Shown one piece after another: positions 27,201-35,947 of a DNA stretch of 63,801 nt. Below the pieces are notes generated by a model. That model saw nothing but the letters and a program-made list of their open reading frames with translations, was not told the origin of the DNA and did no database searches. Each line of letters starts with the position of its first letter. Position 1 is the stretch's first letter. The translations under genes and the position numbers were made by a program. The DNA is from a virus (Duplodnaviria > Caudoviricetes). Location of the stretch: IMG/VR virus record IMGVR_UViG_3300012953_000028, positions 1-63,801 of that record; one strand, 5' to 3'.

Positions 27201-30183
27201 TAGGATTAAGTCGTTGTGTAGCCCACATACCTCTCATTGCAGAAATATCAGTAGTATAAGATCCATTTAGTGCAGGAATTTGAAAACTATTTTCCCAGTT
27301 TTCTTGTCCTCTTGAGTTAGATAGAATATTCTTTTCAAAAGACGGAACTAATGTTGCCGGAGTAAAGCCATCAACAAAAGAGATGTTCTGTGTTGGATTA
27401 TATGCTAGTCCTGGAATAGCAGTACAATGTTGGTTTTGTATAGTACTAGTATTTAAAAATTCTCCTTGGTGCCTTACTTCAACAGATTTATTATCTTCAT
27501 GGTTTGTTAATGTAATAGAAAATTCTGTAACTACATTATATGCATCTCTTGTCGTAGTAGGCGTCCAGTCTTGTATGAACCCATCAACATTTACTTCAGG
27601 TGCTCTTGGATCATTCTTTACATCAATTACCATTAAAGGAACACTATAATAATTTGGTCCAAAATTAGCAGTATAAAATCCTCTATCTAGGTTTAGATCT
27701 ATTTTTATAATTCCTTGAGAGTCTGCAGTTCCTACTAATACACTAGTGTTAGTATCGTCGTATATTACTATATCTGTTAATGCTGTAGTTTTTAAAACTA
27801 TTGGTTCGTTTGTTGCTCCTACTATTGTATTATGCACAACGTTTTTAAAATTATCACAATGCTGTACAAGAAGTTCATTTCCGTTTGGAACCACTATCCA
27901 TTCATATGTTGGCCAAGCAGTTTGCGAAAGCACTAATCCATCTACCATATCTGAACTATTAATTCTCATACTTGCCCAACTTTTTAGCCTAAACCATGCT
28001 TTAAGTACACCGGTACTTAAACCACTATTAGTATCTTGAGGTAACCCTGTTATTACAGAATTTAAACGCCTAAAGTTAATAGGTCCTGGAACATCTGCAT
28101 CTCTATCATCTGACGTTAAGAACTTTGTTGGCTCTTGTAAAGTATAATTAAACAATATATCTGCTGGTTTACTACTTGAATTATTTGACAGTTCAGTTGA
28201 AAAATTACTATTATCAAACTTTAGTTGAAAGCCACTTTCTTTATCAGCTGATCCTGTTCCTTCTGCAAATTCAATAATAGTTGAGCTTTGTCTAGTCGGA
28301 ACATCATTAAACTGTTCTACCCATTTATCCAAAGGAACTTGGTTACGATCATATAGTCTCCATAAAGGAACATGCGTTCTTCTTAATCTTGTTTGTGCAG
28401 GATATACTATTCCGTTGTCAACTCTATACTCAAAGTATGCTTTTAATCCAGCTTTAATATACATAGACTGTCCATCTTTAGGCGTATCAACTATAAAACG
28501 TGTACATATTCCTTGCTGGTTAGATCTAAAAATAACAATCTTGTTTTTATATGAGCCATCTCTTAACCATAATACACTCTCTCCAAGTACTGATATACCT
28601 TGTCTTTGTCTTACCGCAATTAAGTTTAGATCAGCTATTGCAGTACGAGCTCGTTGATCTGTACTAAAAGTTTGGGTTAGAAAATTTTCTATTGCTATCT
28701 CGTCTCCGTTGATCAATGCTTGATAAATTAATTCATTTCGAGCTTGTTCAGCAGACCCTAAATAAAGATCTACTAATATTCTTATAATATCTAATCCAAC
28801 ATAATCTTCTGGTTGCTGTGCAACTCCGTCCTCGTTTTCAACTAATGCTCCTATTCTTCCTTTGAAAGTGGTACCATGATTAAAAGTTTCTATACTGTTT
28901 TCAAATTCAATAATAGGCCGTAAAGCAACATCTTTTTTAGAAGAAATATCTGACTGTTTAATATTTAAAAAATTGCAAATCTCATTAACAGTATCTTTAT
29001 GAACCCAAACATTTGTTCTAGAAAATGCACTTCTATTTTCAGCGCCACTTTCTTGTGTAACATAGTGCTTCTCGTTTATTCCTAATATATCGCCTTCCCA
29101 AGATAGTTCATCCCATGATACGTTAGTTTGATCCCATAGCGATGTTAACTCTGTACTATAAACAGTTCTCCTATCTTGATGTGATGCAGATAATAATTTT
29201 ATTCCAGAAGGAGACCCAACGCCCGAAACTTGGAAAACTCTTTGCGTATTGGTTATTCCTTCTTGTAGTACTGCATCAGCATTAACGTAGTAATCGTTTA
29301 ATGTAATAGTAACTTGAGAGCCTGCTGGTGGAATACTTCCGGCATTCCATATAATGCTTTCTGCTACAAAATCAAAGTCGTTATTAAACCCTACAGTTTT
29401 AACAACTCCGTCTACCTCAACTACTGCTTTAAGAAATTTGCTAAATCCATACTCCCCATCAACTTCGTTATAAAAATCTAATTGGTTGGTTCCATCAGCA
29501 ATATGAGATTCTGTAATTGTTCCGTTTATTGATTCTCTACCATTAACATCTTTTTTAAAAGAAACTCTCATTCCGTTTTTCAAAGATAAAGTTCTTCCGT
29601 TTGCTTGTAACGGTGTTGTATAGTATTGCTTTCCTAAAATATCATTAAGAATATTAATTGGACTACTTGTATCTGAAATAACTGGACCGGTTAAGTGTAT
29701 AATTGGTACTTGCGGAGCAATCCACATATAGTTGCTCCAGTTGATAAACTTGTCTGGGTTAATTGGAAAATCGTTTACACTAATAGGAACAGTTGGCTCC
29801 TTATCATGTTCGTCTATAAAGCCTTGAGACAATGCAATATTATCTGATGTTAAGGTATAAACTTTATTGTCATTTCTTCTAACTACAATACCTTCTTCTA
29901 ACTGTCTTTTCTTGTTATCTGCTGTTGGCAAGAAATCGTCGTTTGGTGAAGTTAGTTGACTAGAAGCCGCTGTGGGTCTACCAATATTATAGTTAACGTT
30001 TTCAATAACATTAGGTTGAAACATATCTTCAACCGTTGCTGTAAATAACTTTTTATTAATATCAGTTTTAAAGATATCAGGTAAAAGATTTATTGCAAGA
30101 GGTTCTACGTTCTCTACATTTCTTTCATTGGTATATGTATTGTTTTCAATAGTTTTACCGTTAAACTTTTTAGCATTTGCCAT
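21238..30183 (-). CDS. Giant baseplate wedge subunit (gp7-like position)
   Basis: 2981 aa, directly after gp6; LLP.IF.T..N.K start, IN.DKF.N...Y.W, C-terminal Y.EEVKPYHTK; Trp-Asp repeats. Confidence 0.65.
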   Translation of the reverse strand: MANAKKFNGKTIENNTYTNERNVENVEPLAINLLPDIFKTDINKKLFTATVEDMFQPNVIENVNYNIGRPTAASSQLTSPNDDFLPTADNKKRQLEEGIVVRRNDNKVYTLTSDNIALSQGFIDEHDKEPTVPISVNDFPINPDKFINWSNYMWIAPQVPIIHLTGPVISDTSSPINILNDILGKQYYTTPLQANGRTLSLKNGMRVSFKKDVNGRESINGTITESHIADGTNQLDFYNEVDGEYGFSKFLKAVVEVDGVVKTVGFNNDFDFVAESIIWNAGSIPPAGSQVTITLNDYYVNADAVLQEGITNTQRVFQVSGVGSPSGIKLLSASHQDRRTVYSTELTSLWDQTNVSWDELSWEGDILGINEKHYVTQESGAENRSAFSRTNVWVHKDTVNEICNFLNIKQSDISSKKDVALRPIIEFENSIETFNHGTTFKGRIGALVENEDGVAQQPEDYVGLDIIRILVDLYLGSAEQARNELIYQALINGDEIAIENFLTQTFSTDQRARTAIADLNLIAVRQRQGISVLGESVLWLRDGSYKNKIVIFRSNQQGICTRFIVDTPKDGQSMYIKAGLKAYFEYRVDNGIVYPAQTRLRRTHVPLWRLYDRNQVPLDKWVEQFNDVPTRQSSTIIEFAEGTGSADKESGFQLKFDNSNFSTELSNNSSSKPADILFNYTLQEPTKFLTSDDRDADVPGPINFRRLNSVITGLPQDTNSGLSTGVLKAWFRLKSWASMRINSSDMVDGLVLSQTAWPTYEWIVVPNGNELLVQHCDNFKNVVHNTIVGATNEPIVLKTTALTDIVIYDDTNTSVLVGTADSQGIIKIDLNLDRGFYTANFGPNYYSVPLMVIDVKNDPRAPEVNVDGFIQDWTPTTTRDAYNVVTEFSITLTNHEDNKSVEVRHQGEFLNTSTIQNQHCTAIPGLAYNPTQNISFVDGFTPATLVPSFEKNILSNSRGQENWENSFQIPALNGSYTTDISAMRGMWATQRLNPSLGEAVINRSMNSWRWHRRFVKLVETYNNAYEVTTSNSREILDLLLDELNLEVNTNTPDAESGMVFSTTNMLKVSHTVQGTNETTFAVNIGSSTLVQDEYDPDHVYVYIDNIIQIEGYSVDTTPNVIFDSPVNVGSVVSIYYRGLATPLLSGVPASPTKLGLKGLTKPELIRERWGFFDRFLILRHDGSKVMAHQDNIFSAPDPRDYLILELEKRIYVSCTELTGDTARENAGLYCNPNVTSLRSLAEVRWFESNDIDFRDRSQDFDFTDPWTWNYDGESWRGMYVRIFGTYQPDSRPWEILKFSNKPDWWDNHYQWGDATQRIALEEALRTGLISEPGTPVVYDYSCKNEYLDGFPVTTDVKLISPNEWLSLSPSEEAAGAPWEIGSYGVWEDLWARSSAGAYHQILDKIGNDETVNEFFEKGINPYVVPNQNNSTEALGEYSIFPDVPWVQLRPTVGVGALLFENNKELNFPGSEVINELERLGVVLMFGMGGFSNQEARFKMSHAKVSDGTFVPDEDFNLTLDAGIATNDLRYSAVRLEREDDGFRVSGFDPEERYFNIVQPIKDGSSGTFQRTVQTDTDTFILYKQHVDTVTRISYGHKFETKQELYEFFIGLQALQERNGLVFDTLNSRGTVGNWEQVALDAMTWIGENWGTDTFWLGGPIDSKGFLFEHQLGHLDKLDNDLTRRGKIIFSDKTLAQPNDLLISRNYNEKQDLVEITSGKQVTFIDFSLRSYDHVFFFNNSTRFGDVINNSQLQFRLPNLKMVARRTRGWDGKPFAQGVVITNTGLFPGFESLATDIIKSKDSEKSQFNTFLSDVSKKDIIPTKKSIIDEIIADESVEFGYKQGLNSASGTNLAIDALFRNSSIDIPGVIQDLEINEQWLFTDGEFGKLGNRKVWEIEIRSEDTTSSRQIIRFKEGDNDVDLRSDNIIDITKSDSRWVSREENINFPTIQRSELTSDYVKNNNWLPSAGVGNLVETNVQKRSINELFGADIGSFNDDKFNRLDELRSFSKFSLYKEGDRVWNNGVLYQALVNVTGGATTAFDSTQWTVVTEDAISLPPTVWLSDFDFKDFTTTETGETEVSWNILQGTVPAPITEICPNADPALEESKVTFSNAHNLAIDDMLLILGTNEETIRTFHKVTRVIDDYNLLIPTRVSTKTENLVSITMMNTKGKTTADLPTNLTNIAVGTKFYLEPDSTAQGEYTVYEFNGTAWVINEEATTLQGNMVDSSSIDSITLLDGDTGNKITNIELFDPYKGFTIDEVVQYLDYRQGVDPAVYNIDEFGNEELDATTYWETTQIGKLWWDTSKLRYAEYEQRNNIEYRANHWGEQFADSEVEIYEWSSSDEEPAIDTHPNARVDYSDGDGVIRFTENQEYNKNGALITKYYFWNKNPSDIPQNVKRSYSALAIQSALNNPDIAGITWASPIANNALVVSNINGFLSSRRSVIIRIVERTDGLQQHVNSLLVSEGRSGSIIPEYLFRRLKTSISGRDQYRKTSSLKSWEPNTTYNEGDIVINYAYSQMVVVNNYNDNDLPIVKYLNEMREEVESVLRPIYQTDDTTGNLVDSLGNVFALSTDPRIETKRKLHRPMLITNQNGYTSTNDFVTDALQDWNMVVSGATAVQDAGGLNGEYSAVIPARRRVPDTRLHPLRRYGNQYVPLPQTWYKDIKEARRNLVYSANKYLLQVNAVAKPTYDAHLLTYQPLFGPYIKDLTPYWEFVDYLGTGYVTGSEQALVSDLSEITTLADDITIFGLLDSNGELERSFNKNGLDIELVFQRDGTIQFLDTVWDGSLGDAWDTARWDKFPWDEDGSEVLESLLIALREDLLITEDVGFFNLFFFDMLKESLNQIPNSNWAIKTTYLDISKTSSDDLRGVSLFYDKLAEQVATYVEEVKPYHTKVANFNNKLSNFDTIDVGITETISMTIESEEFQLSVDSEGDGPGTFATLTDEDGNIINFLNPDISQQTLTDANPDGESEILPGIGGG

Positions 30184-30188
30184 TTATA

Positions 30189-33100
30189 TTAAATCCTTCT
30201 TGGTAGAGGAACTTGCTCTGTTGTAATAATTTCAATATTGTCTGCTGTTGCACTACTGATAAACAATTCGTTTTCTTCACATTTGATTTGGAAAACTTCG
30301 CTAACAGAAACACTTGATTGTATAGGTACTAGTGCTACACTTGAAACTACTCCTGCTAACTGCTGGTGTATCCAAGAAGCCATATCAGTAAAATAAAATG
30401 TTTCTCCAAAATCCCAGTTCTCTACGGCAAAGTACTCATTGATTGATGCAATTACTCTACTTCTAACTTCTGCATTACTTACTTTTGTTCCGTCGCTTCT
30501 TGTTACTCTAATAGTTACTTGATCTTTAATGTTTGCTTTTTCTCCAAATATTATTTTATATTTTATAGGATGAAAAATTATTGTATCACTTACACTTTTA
30601 TAAGGAGTAATACTAGACATAAACTCTCCAAGCTCTGTTGACGTCATTGGAATTGGTTTATCGCTAAACTCTGTTCCTGTTGCTAACCAGTTTCTGAAAT
30701 TTGAATCGTATTCTTCAGTTAACACAAACATATCAATAATATTAGTAGTCGTTGCGTCTACTCTGTTCTCCCTTAAAGGAACATGATTATGTTGTACTGT
30801 TAGACTTTGCCTTCCTGTAACAGTTTTAGAAGGAGTTGTAATATCGTTAGTAGGTCTAGGTGCCAAAGTAAACTGTCCTTGTGCGTCATCAAATTCTTTT
30901 TCTATTAGTTCAATAGTCTGCGATACTCCTTGTATTGTAAATATTAAACTAAACAAATTAGGATTCTCTGGAATTAAATCATCACTAATTCCGGGCATTT
31001 GTACAATAACTCTTTTAGGATCATATCTGCCATCATCTAATATAAAATATTCTGATACTTCAAGTTCTGCTTTCCTAGTAACACCAGGATTGTTTGCATC
31101 ACTATTTGAAAGTACTTGTACAGTATCTTGTATAACCCTTCTTGTAACAGTATCTAATGCTTGTCCAAATTTTTGATTATGAAATACTATTTGAGATTCA
31201 CTACCAAGTACAACAATATCTCTTCTTGTAGTTGATGTCCATGTGTTACTATCAGTGCTATGAGTAAAACGAACTAACCAACTTGTTCCAACAGCACTTT
31301 GATCAAAATTTCCATCAACAATTAAATCATCTGCATTAACAATTTTCCAATCATCCAATACATGATCGTAACGTAAACCAAAATTTCTTTGTGCTTGTAA
31401 CTCGTCTAGTATATTTCTTTTTTCTCCGTCTGTAAAAACAATACGAAGATTAGGCATCCAAGACATTACATCTTGGTTTCCAGTTATTCCTTGAATAAAG
31501 ACTGCACCTTCGCCGTTTGCACGTCTACCAGTGTTTACTCCATCTGATGTTGTTAATCCAAATCCATCTCTAAAAACATCTTGTACCTTATACCAAGTTA
31601 AGTCAGCAAGTTTAACTAATGAGTTTTTCTTCAAAGTTCTTATATCATTTTCTACTGCACTTCGACCAATTCTTTTTGGTGCTGTATCATTTGTAAAGTA
31701 ACCATGTGTTGAACCAATTGTTGTATCTACTGTTTTCCAGTATACTGGATTTACAGGAGTAATTGGTAAAAATCTACGGTAGTATAACTGGTGTAAAGGA
31801 CGGTATTGTAATCCGTCTAGCATCCATTTATAAATTTTATTTGTTCCAGCTGAATCACTTATTTTTGTATCAACAGTTGACTCGTCTGTGTATAAAAATG
31901 CATCATCTGCTAAAGTAATAACTGGTCTATATGATGCAGTTGGATCAGCTAAATCTGCATATAAACTTTGTCCTGTATGAATTCTGTTTATAGATTTTAT
32001 TCTTGATATACCAGATACTTTACCTTGAGGATAGTTATTGTAGTCATCTGCTGTAATCATTCTATTTTGGCTAGCGGCTGTTCTACTTGCATTGTTTTTA
32101 ATTTCTTCGATTGATTCGCTTTCAATTCCTGCCATATTATTTTTAGGACTAATATTACATATTAGCTCTTGAGGTTGCCCTAATGAATCTACATAAACTA
32201 GATTTAAATCTACATCAGTAGTTTCACCTTTTTGTATAATAAAGTCTTCGTTTGCACTAACTCTAAACCAAATTCTTATGTTGCCAAACGGAACGTTTCC
32301 AAATGACCCATTGCCAAACTTAACTGATATTTGATCATCTGTTCTTGTAATTACTTCGAAGATATTTCTATCTTCTTTATCAACACTATTGAAAGATATA
32401 TTGTTTCCAATAACACTTTCAACTTTAGTCCAGTATGTTAATATTGTGCCAGTAGCATCTACTGTCTGCACCCATACATCAGTATCATTAATGTTATCTG
32501 CATTAATATCAATTACTCTGTTTTCTACAACATTATCAATAATAATATCTTGGAACTGAAGTGTTCCTTGTTTACAACTAAAGAACCAACCGTTTGACTC
32601 TCCTGCAAATCCTGTTCCGTCATTATTAAAACTAAGGCTCTTTGTATTCAACGGAGACGGAGGTCTTTCAATTAATTTACCGTTGTCTAATGCTACAGGG
32701 ATAATATCAAATGTATATGATTCTCCTGCTCTACTAGTTAATGAAACATTTTCTATTAGGCTAGAGTCATCTGTTTCTTCAAATTCATAAATTTCTCTTG
32801 TCATAGCACCTGATTGGAATGTACTAATTGGTCTGCCAACAGGGTTACTTTTATTAAATGCTTCATTTAATATTAAATTAAATTGTTCTCGGAAGTCGCT
32901 GTTAAGAGGATCTGCCCAAACAATATTTTGCCCTGCTAAGTTTACTCCTCTACTATCAAATATTTCTTGTGAACTAGAGATACTATTAATTCTTAAAAAT
33001 CCTTCAGCAGTTTGGTTCCTGTGTGTTTTATATCCAATTTGTCTAGCAATAGACAAAACATTTTCTCTTACTTCTGCAGTTTCTAAGAAAGTTTCTCTTA

Positions 33101-33347
33101 AATTTAAATCTGATCTAAATGCTATATTTTGCCCAAGGAATGAAATTAAATCAACTAGTGCAACATATTCACTGCTATTAATAAAGTCGTTAAAGTCTTC
33201 CCCGTAGTTAACCTGTATATGATCTAATAATGCTTCTCTTAACGATTCAAAGTCATATGCTTTAAAGTCTGCATTAACTAAATCTCTATAGTTATTAAGC
33301 CAGCTCTCTGCGGCGTTTAACTGACTTAGACGCTTTGTCTGGCTCAT
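30189..33347 (-). CDS. Baseplate wedge subunit gp6-like
   Basis: DFESLR..L, DF.D...SS, E.FLETA..R..V..IA..IGY, FG.G.FG..P, ES.EEIK..A....QNRM.TA.DY. Confidence 0.9.
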   Translation of the reverse strand: MSQTKRLSQLNAAESWLNNYRDLVNADFKAYDFESLREALLDHIQVNYGEDFNDFINSSEYVALVDLISFLGQNIAFRSDLNLRETFLETAEVRENVLSIARQIGYKTHRNQTAEGFLRINSISSSQEIFDSRGVNLAGQNIVWADPLNSDFREQFNLILNEAFNKSNPVGRPISTFQSGAMTREIYEFEETDDSSLIENVSLTSRAGESYTFDIIPVALDNGKLIERPPSPLNTKSLSFNNDGTGFAGESNGWFFSCKQGTLQFQDIIIDNVVENRVIDINADNINDTDVWVQTVDATGTILTYWTKVESVIGNNISFNSVDKEDRNIFEVITRTDDQISVKFGNGSFGNVPFGNIRIWFRVSANEDFIIQKGETTDVDLNLVYVDSLGQPQELICNISPKNNMAGIESESIEEIKNNASRTAASQNRMITADDYNNYPQGKVSGISRIKSINRIHTGQSLYADLADPTASYRPVITLADDAFLYTDESTVDTKISDSAGTNKIYKWMLDGLQYRPLHQLYYRRFLPITPVNPVYWKTVDTTIGSTHGYFTNDTAPKRIGRSAVENDIRTLKKNSLVKLADLTWYKVQDVFRDGFGLTTSDGVNTGRRANGEGAVFIQGITGNQDVMSWMPNLRIVFTDGEKRNILDELQAQRNFGLRYDHVLDDWKIVNADDLIVDGNFDQSAVGTSWLVRFTHSTDSNTWTSTTRRDIVVLGSESQIVFHNQKFGQALDTVTRRVIQDTVQVLSNSDANNPGVTRKAELEVSEYFILDDGRYDPKRVIVQMPGISDDLIPENPNLFSLIFTIQGVSQTIELIEKEFDDAQGQFTLAPRPTNDITTPSKTVTGRQSLTVQHNHVPLRENRVDATTTNIIDMFVLTEEYDSNFRNWLATGTEFSDKPIPMTSTELGEFMSSITPYKSVSDTIIFHPIKYKIIFGEKANIKDQVTIRVTRSDGTKVSNAEVRSRVIASINEYFAVENWDFGETFYFTDMASWIHQQLAGVVSSVALVPIQSSVSVSEVFQIKCEENELFISSATADNIEIITTEQVPLPRRI

Positions 33348-33721
33348 TAAAATTCTCCTTTATTAAATTCCAAAGGAAGTGTAGTTACTTCATTCTCTGG
33401 ACGATAAATTAGTGTTACATCAACAGTAATTGAATGTTCATTTTCTAACGTTTGAACTTCAACGAATTCCCATCTAGGATCTTCTGAAATAATTCTAACA
33501 ACATCTTCTCTTATTAATTCTTTTACATTGTCGTCTAAAGGATCAAATAGCAATTCCCATATAATGGTTCCGTGTGTTGGTAACATAATACGTTCACCTA
33601 GTTTTGTACCAAACTGATTTAATAAATCTCGTTTTGCCAGATCAAAGTCAGTTAACACTGGTTTTGTAAAACTAGTGCCTATTGTGCTATATCCTTTGTA
33701 TTTTGTTGTCAATGTAGCCAT
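33347..33721 (-). CDS. Baseplate wedge subunit gp25-like
   Basis: DLLN...T..GER.M.P..G..I..LLFDP...DPR. Confidence 0.9.
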   Translation of the reverse strand: MATLTTKYKGYSTIGTSFTKPVLTDFDLAKRDLLNQFGTKLGERIMLPTHGTIIWELLFDPLDDNVKELIREDVVRIISEDPRWEFVEVQTLENEHSITVDVTLIYRPENEVTTLPLEFNKGEF

Positions 33722-33760
33722 AACTATATTTAGCTACCTTATTAAGCAGGGTTATTACTC

Positions 33761-35944
33761 TTATGCCCTTGTAGGTGCATTTGGTGGGTTATTCTCGCCT
33801 GTATGCGGATTTCCGTGCTTATTTTGTAATGATGCAACCTGTGTTATAGCAGAACCGGGAGGTATTTTTCCTGTATTTAAAAAGTAACTTCTTTCATATT
33901 GTGCTCTTTGCATTTTATTAGGTGGAAGATACTTTGCCTGTAATCTTTTTCCAGTAGATGGACCGTTTCCAAGTTCTGTTTTCCATTGATCATTCTGTGG
34001 TTGTCTTGCTCTTTTCTTTTGTACACTCTTAAAATCAGCAGTAACTCCTTCGTCCATTAAGTCTGTTGCACTTTTTTGAGCTCCTTGTACTTCGCCAGTT
34101 ATTGCATATTTTGCTTCTGCATTGCGTTGATTAGCAGATGGTGTATAATGAGAATTAGCCCAAATAGTAGCAATATCTTTAGGTTGAGGTCTTCCGTCTC
34201 CACTTGCTTTTCCGCTATCTACTAGACCGTCTGCCATGCGATATGCTTTACTTGGGTTTCCAAATGCCGCCATACATAACGAATCAAACATTGTTTGTGT
34301 AATACAAACAGTATCGTTTCCAATACGTTTAATAAGTCTTTTTCTTATAGGAGGCACTATATGCCTGTCAATAATTTGTCTACTTGCAATCCTTGCTTCT
34401 GCTTCACTTGGCCCACTAACCAATGCTTGTTTTATACTTGCATCTAGTTTACTTGCAGGATTTTGTGGTCCCCAGATATCAATTCTAGTTCCGTATCCAA
34501 TACTGTATCCTTGAAAATCTGCATACATCATTCCTCTATATGCTTCTCTACTTTTCATCATATTAAATGCTTTTTCACTCATTGTTGCTCCTTTTAAACT
34601 TAAAGGAGGTATACAAGAAAGAGCATCAGCAGTTATTGGAATACCTGTTTGTTGAGAAACTTTTTCTCCGTCAGAATTTTCCTCAAATATTAAACTCACC
34701 CAACTTGCTGGCGCTGGAGTAACTTTCGGACTTCCAGGAATACTTGCTAAAACAGCTTCGGGTGAGTCTGGACTTAGTGTGCCTACTGGCAATGTAATTT
34801 TTTCTCCACCTTCAAACTTTCCATGTCCAGCCCAAGGCTCATGCTCTGGTACTCTGCCAGAAACACTCTCGCCTACTAATTCGTTTACAATATGGTTATG
34901 TACTTCAGGCTTAGTTGCCTTTGCCGCAACAGGTCCGTTCATGTCAATTCTACTTGCTGTTTCTTTATAAATTGCCGCTACATTAACATCCATTCCTGTC
35001 AGTGATGTTTGAAATAAACCTTGTCCTGCTGTAACATTGTAACTTTGTCCTGTTTCAATTTTAGTATTTTCTTTTGATTTTACATTTATGTCTTTGACTG
35101 CTTCTACGTTGATATTTTTGCCGGCATGCATATTGATATTTTCTTCTGCATGAAAAGATATATCTTTCTGTGAGTATACATCAATGTTTCCTTCTTCGTC
35201 TAGTTCTACCCAAGCAGTACCTTTTGCATTAATAATATTAATGTATCCGCCTTCTTCATGCATTTGTATCTGATGTCCGCTGGCAGTACGGAAACGTATT
35301 TGTCCGTCAAGTCCTTTTTCTCCATCATCTAACATAAGGCTATGTTGGTTAGGAGTTAGTATACCGTATGCTAATCCTGGGTGACTTAAATTATCTCTAA
35401 ACGGGCCAGCATTAGTTTGGCCTCTTCTTAAGTCTTTATCAATCCCTTGTTCGCTTAATCTAAAACTAGCAGGGTGTTCAGGCCTACGCATAATATTTTT
35501 ATCAGAAACATTCCATCTATTTCTGTCACCAATTGGTCTTACCAAACCTTCGTGTGTAGCTCCAGATGCTACGCCTGGCAATGCATGTGTTTTGTCGTCA
35601 TGTGGTACACAAGCCCACCAGACGCCTAAGTTTTTATCTCCATTAATGAAAGAGCATATTACAAACACATTTAAGTCTGGCGGAACATGCCAGATACCAT
35701 ATGCCCTATCTGTTTCTTCGTAATCAACTGAAGCTTTAATTGGCTTTTCTTCTTGATGGTTTGATGATCCGGCAAAAGGAGGACAATACTTTACTTTTCT
35801 CCAATGCTTTGGATTGTCTTCGTCTCCGAGAAATTCTTTGATATAAACCTCAAGCACACCCATACCATATGGGTCTGCATTGTTTTTAATTTTACCAAGA
35901 TATACTCCTGTAAAACTTTCTAAATCATATGGTCCTGTTGACAT
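33761..35944 (-). CDS. gp5/VgrG-like baseplate spike with C-terminal lysozyme domain
   Basis: N-terminal OB fold (DP...G.L.V.I, PP......F.NGD...G.W); RTASGHQI and beta-helix repeats; GH24-like REAYRGMMYADFQGYSIGYG and TQ.MFD.L. Confidence 0.85.
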   Translation of the reverse strand: MSTGPYDLESFTGVYLGKIKNNADPYGMGVLEVYIKEFLGDEDNPKHWRKVKYCPPFAGSSNHQEEKPIKASVDYEETDRAYGIWHVPPDLNVFVICSFINGDKNLGVWWACVPHDDKTHALPGVASGATHEGLVRPIGDRNRWNVSDKNIMRRPEHPASFRLSEQGIDKDLRRGQTNAGPFRDNLSHPGLAYGILTPNQHSLMLDDGEKGLDGQIRFRTASGHQIQMHEEGGYINIINAKGTAWVELDEEGNIDVYSQKDISFHAEENINMHAGKNINVEAVKDINVKSKENTKIETGQSYNVTAGQGLFQTSLTGMDVNVAAIYKETASRIDMNGPVAAKATKPEVHNHIVNELVGESVSGRVPEHEPWAGHGKFEGGEKITLPVGTLSPDSPEAVLASIPGSPKVTPAPASWVSLIFEENSDGEKVSQQTGIPITADALSCIPPLSLKGATMSEKAFNMMKSREAYRGMMYADFQGYSIGYGTRIDIWGPQNPASKLDASIKQALVSGPSEAEARIASRQIIDRHIVPPIRKRLIKRIGNDTVCITQTMFDSLCMAAFGNPSKAYRMADGLVDSGKASGDGRPQPKDIATIWANSHYTPSANQRNAEAKYAITGEVQGAQKSATDLMDEGVTADFKSVQKKRARQPQNDQWKTELGNGPSTGKRLQAKYLPPNKMQRAQYERSYFLNTGKIPPGSAITQVASLQNKHGNPHTGENNPPNAPTRA

Positions 35945-35947
35945 ATT

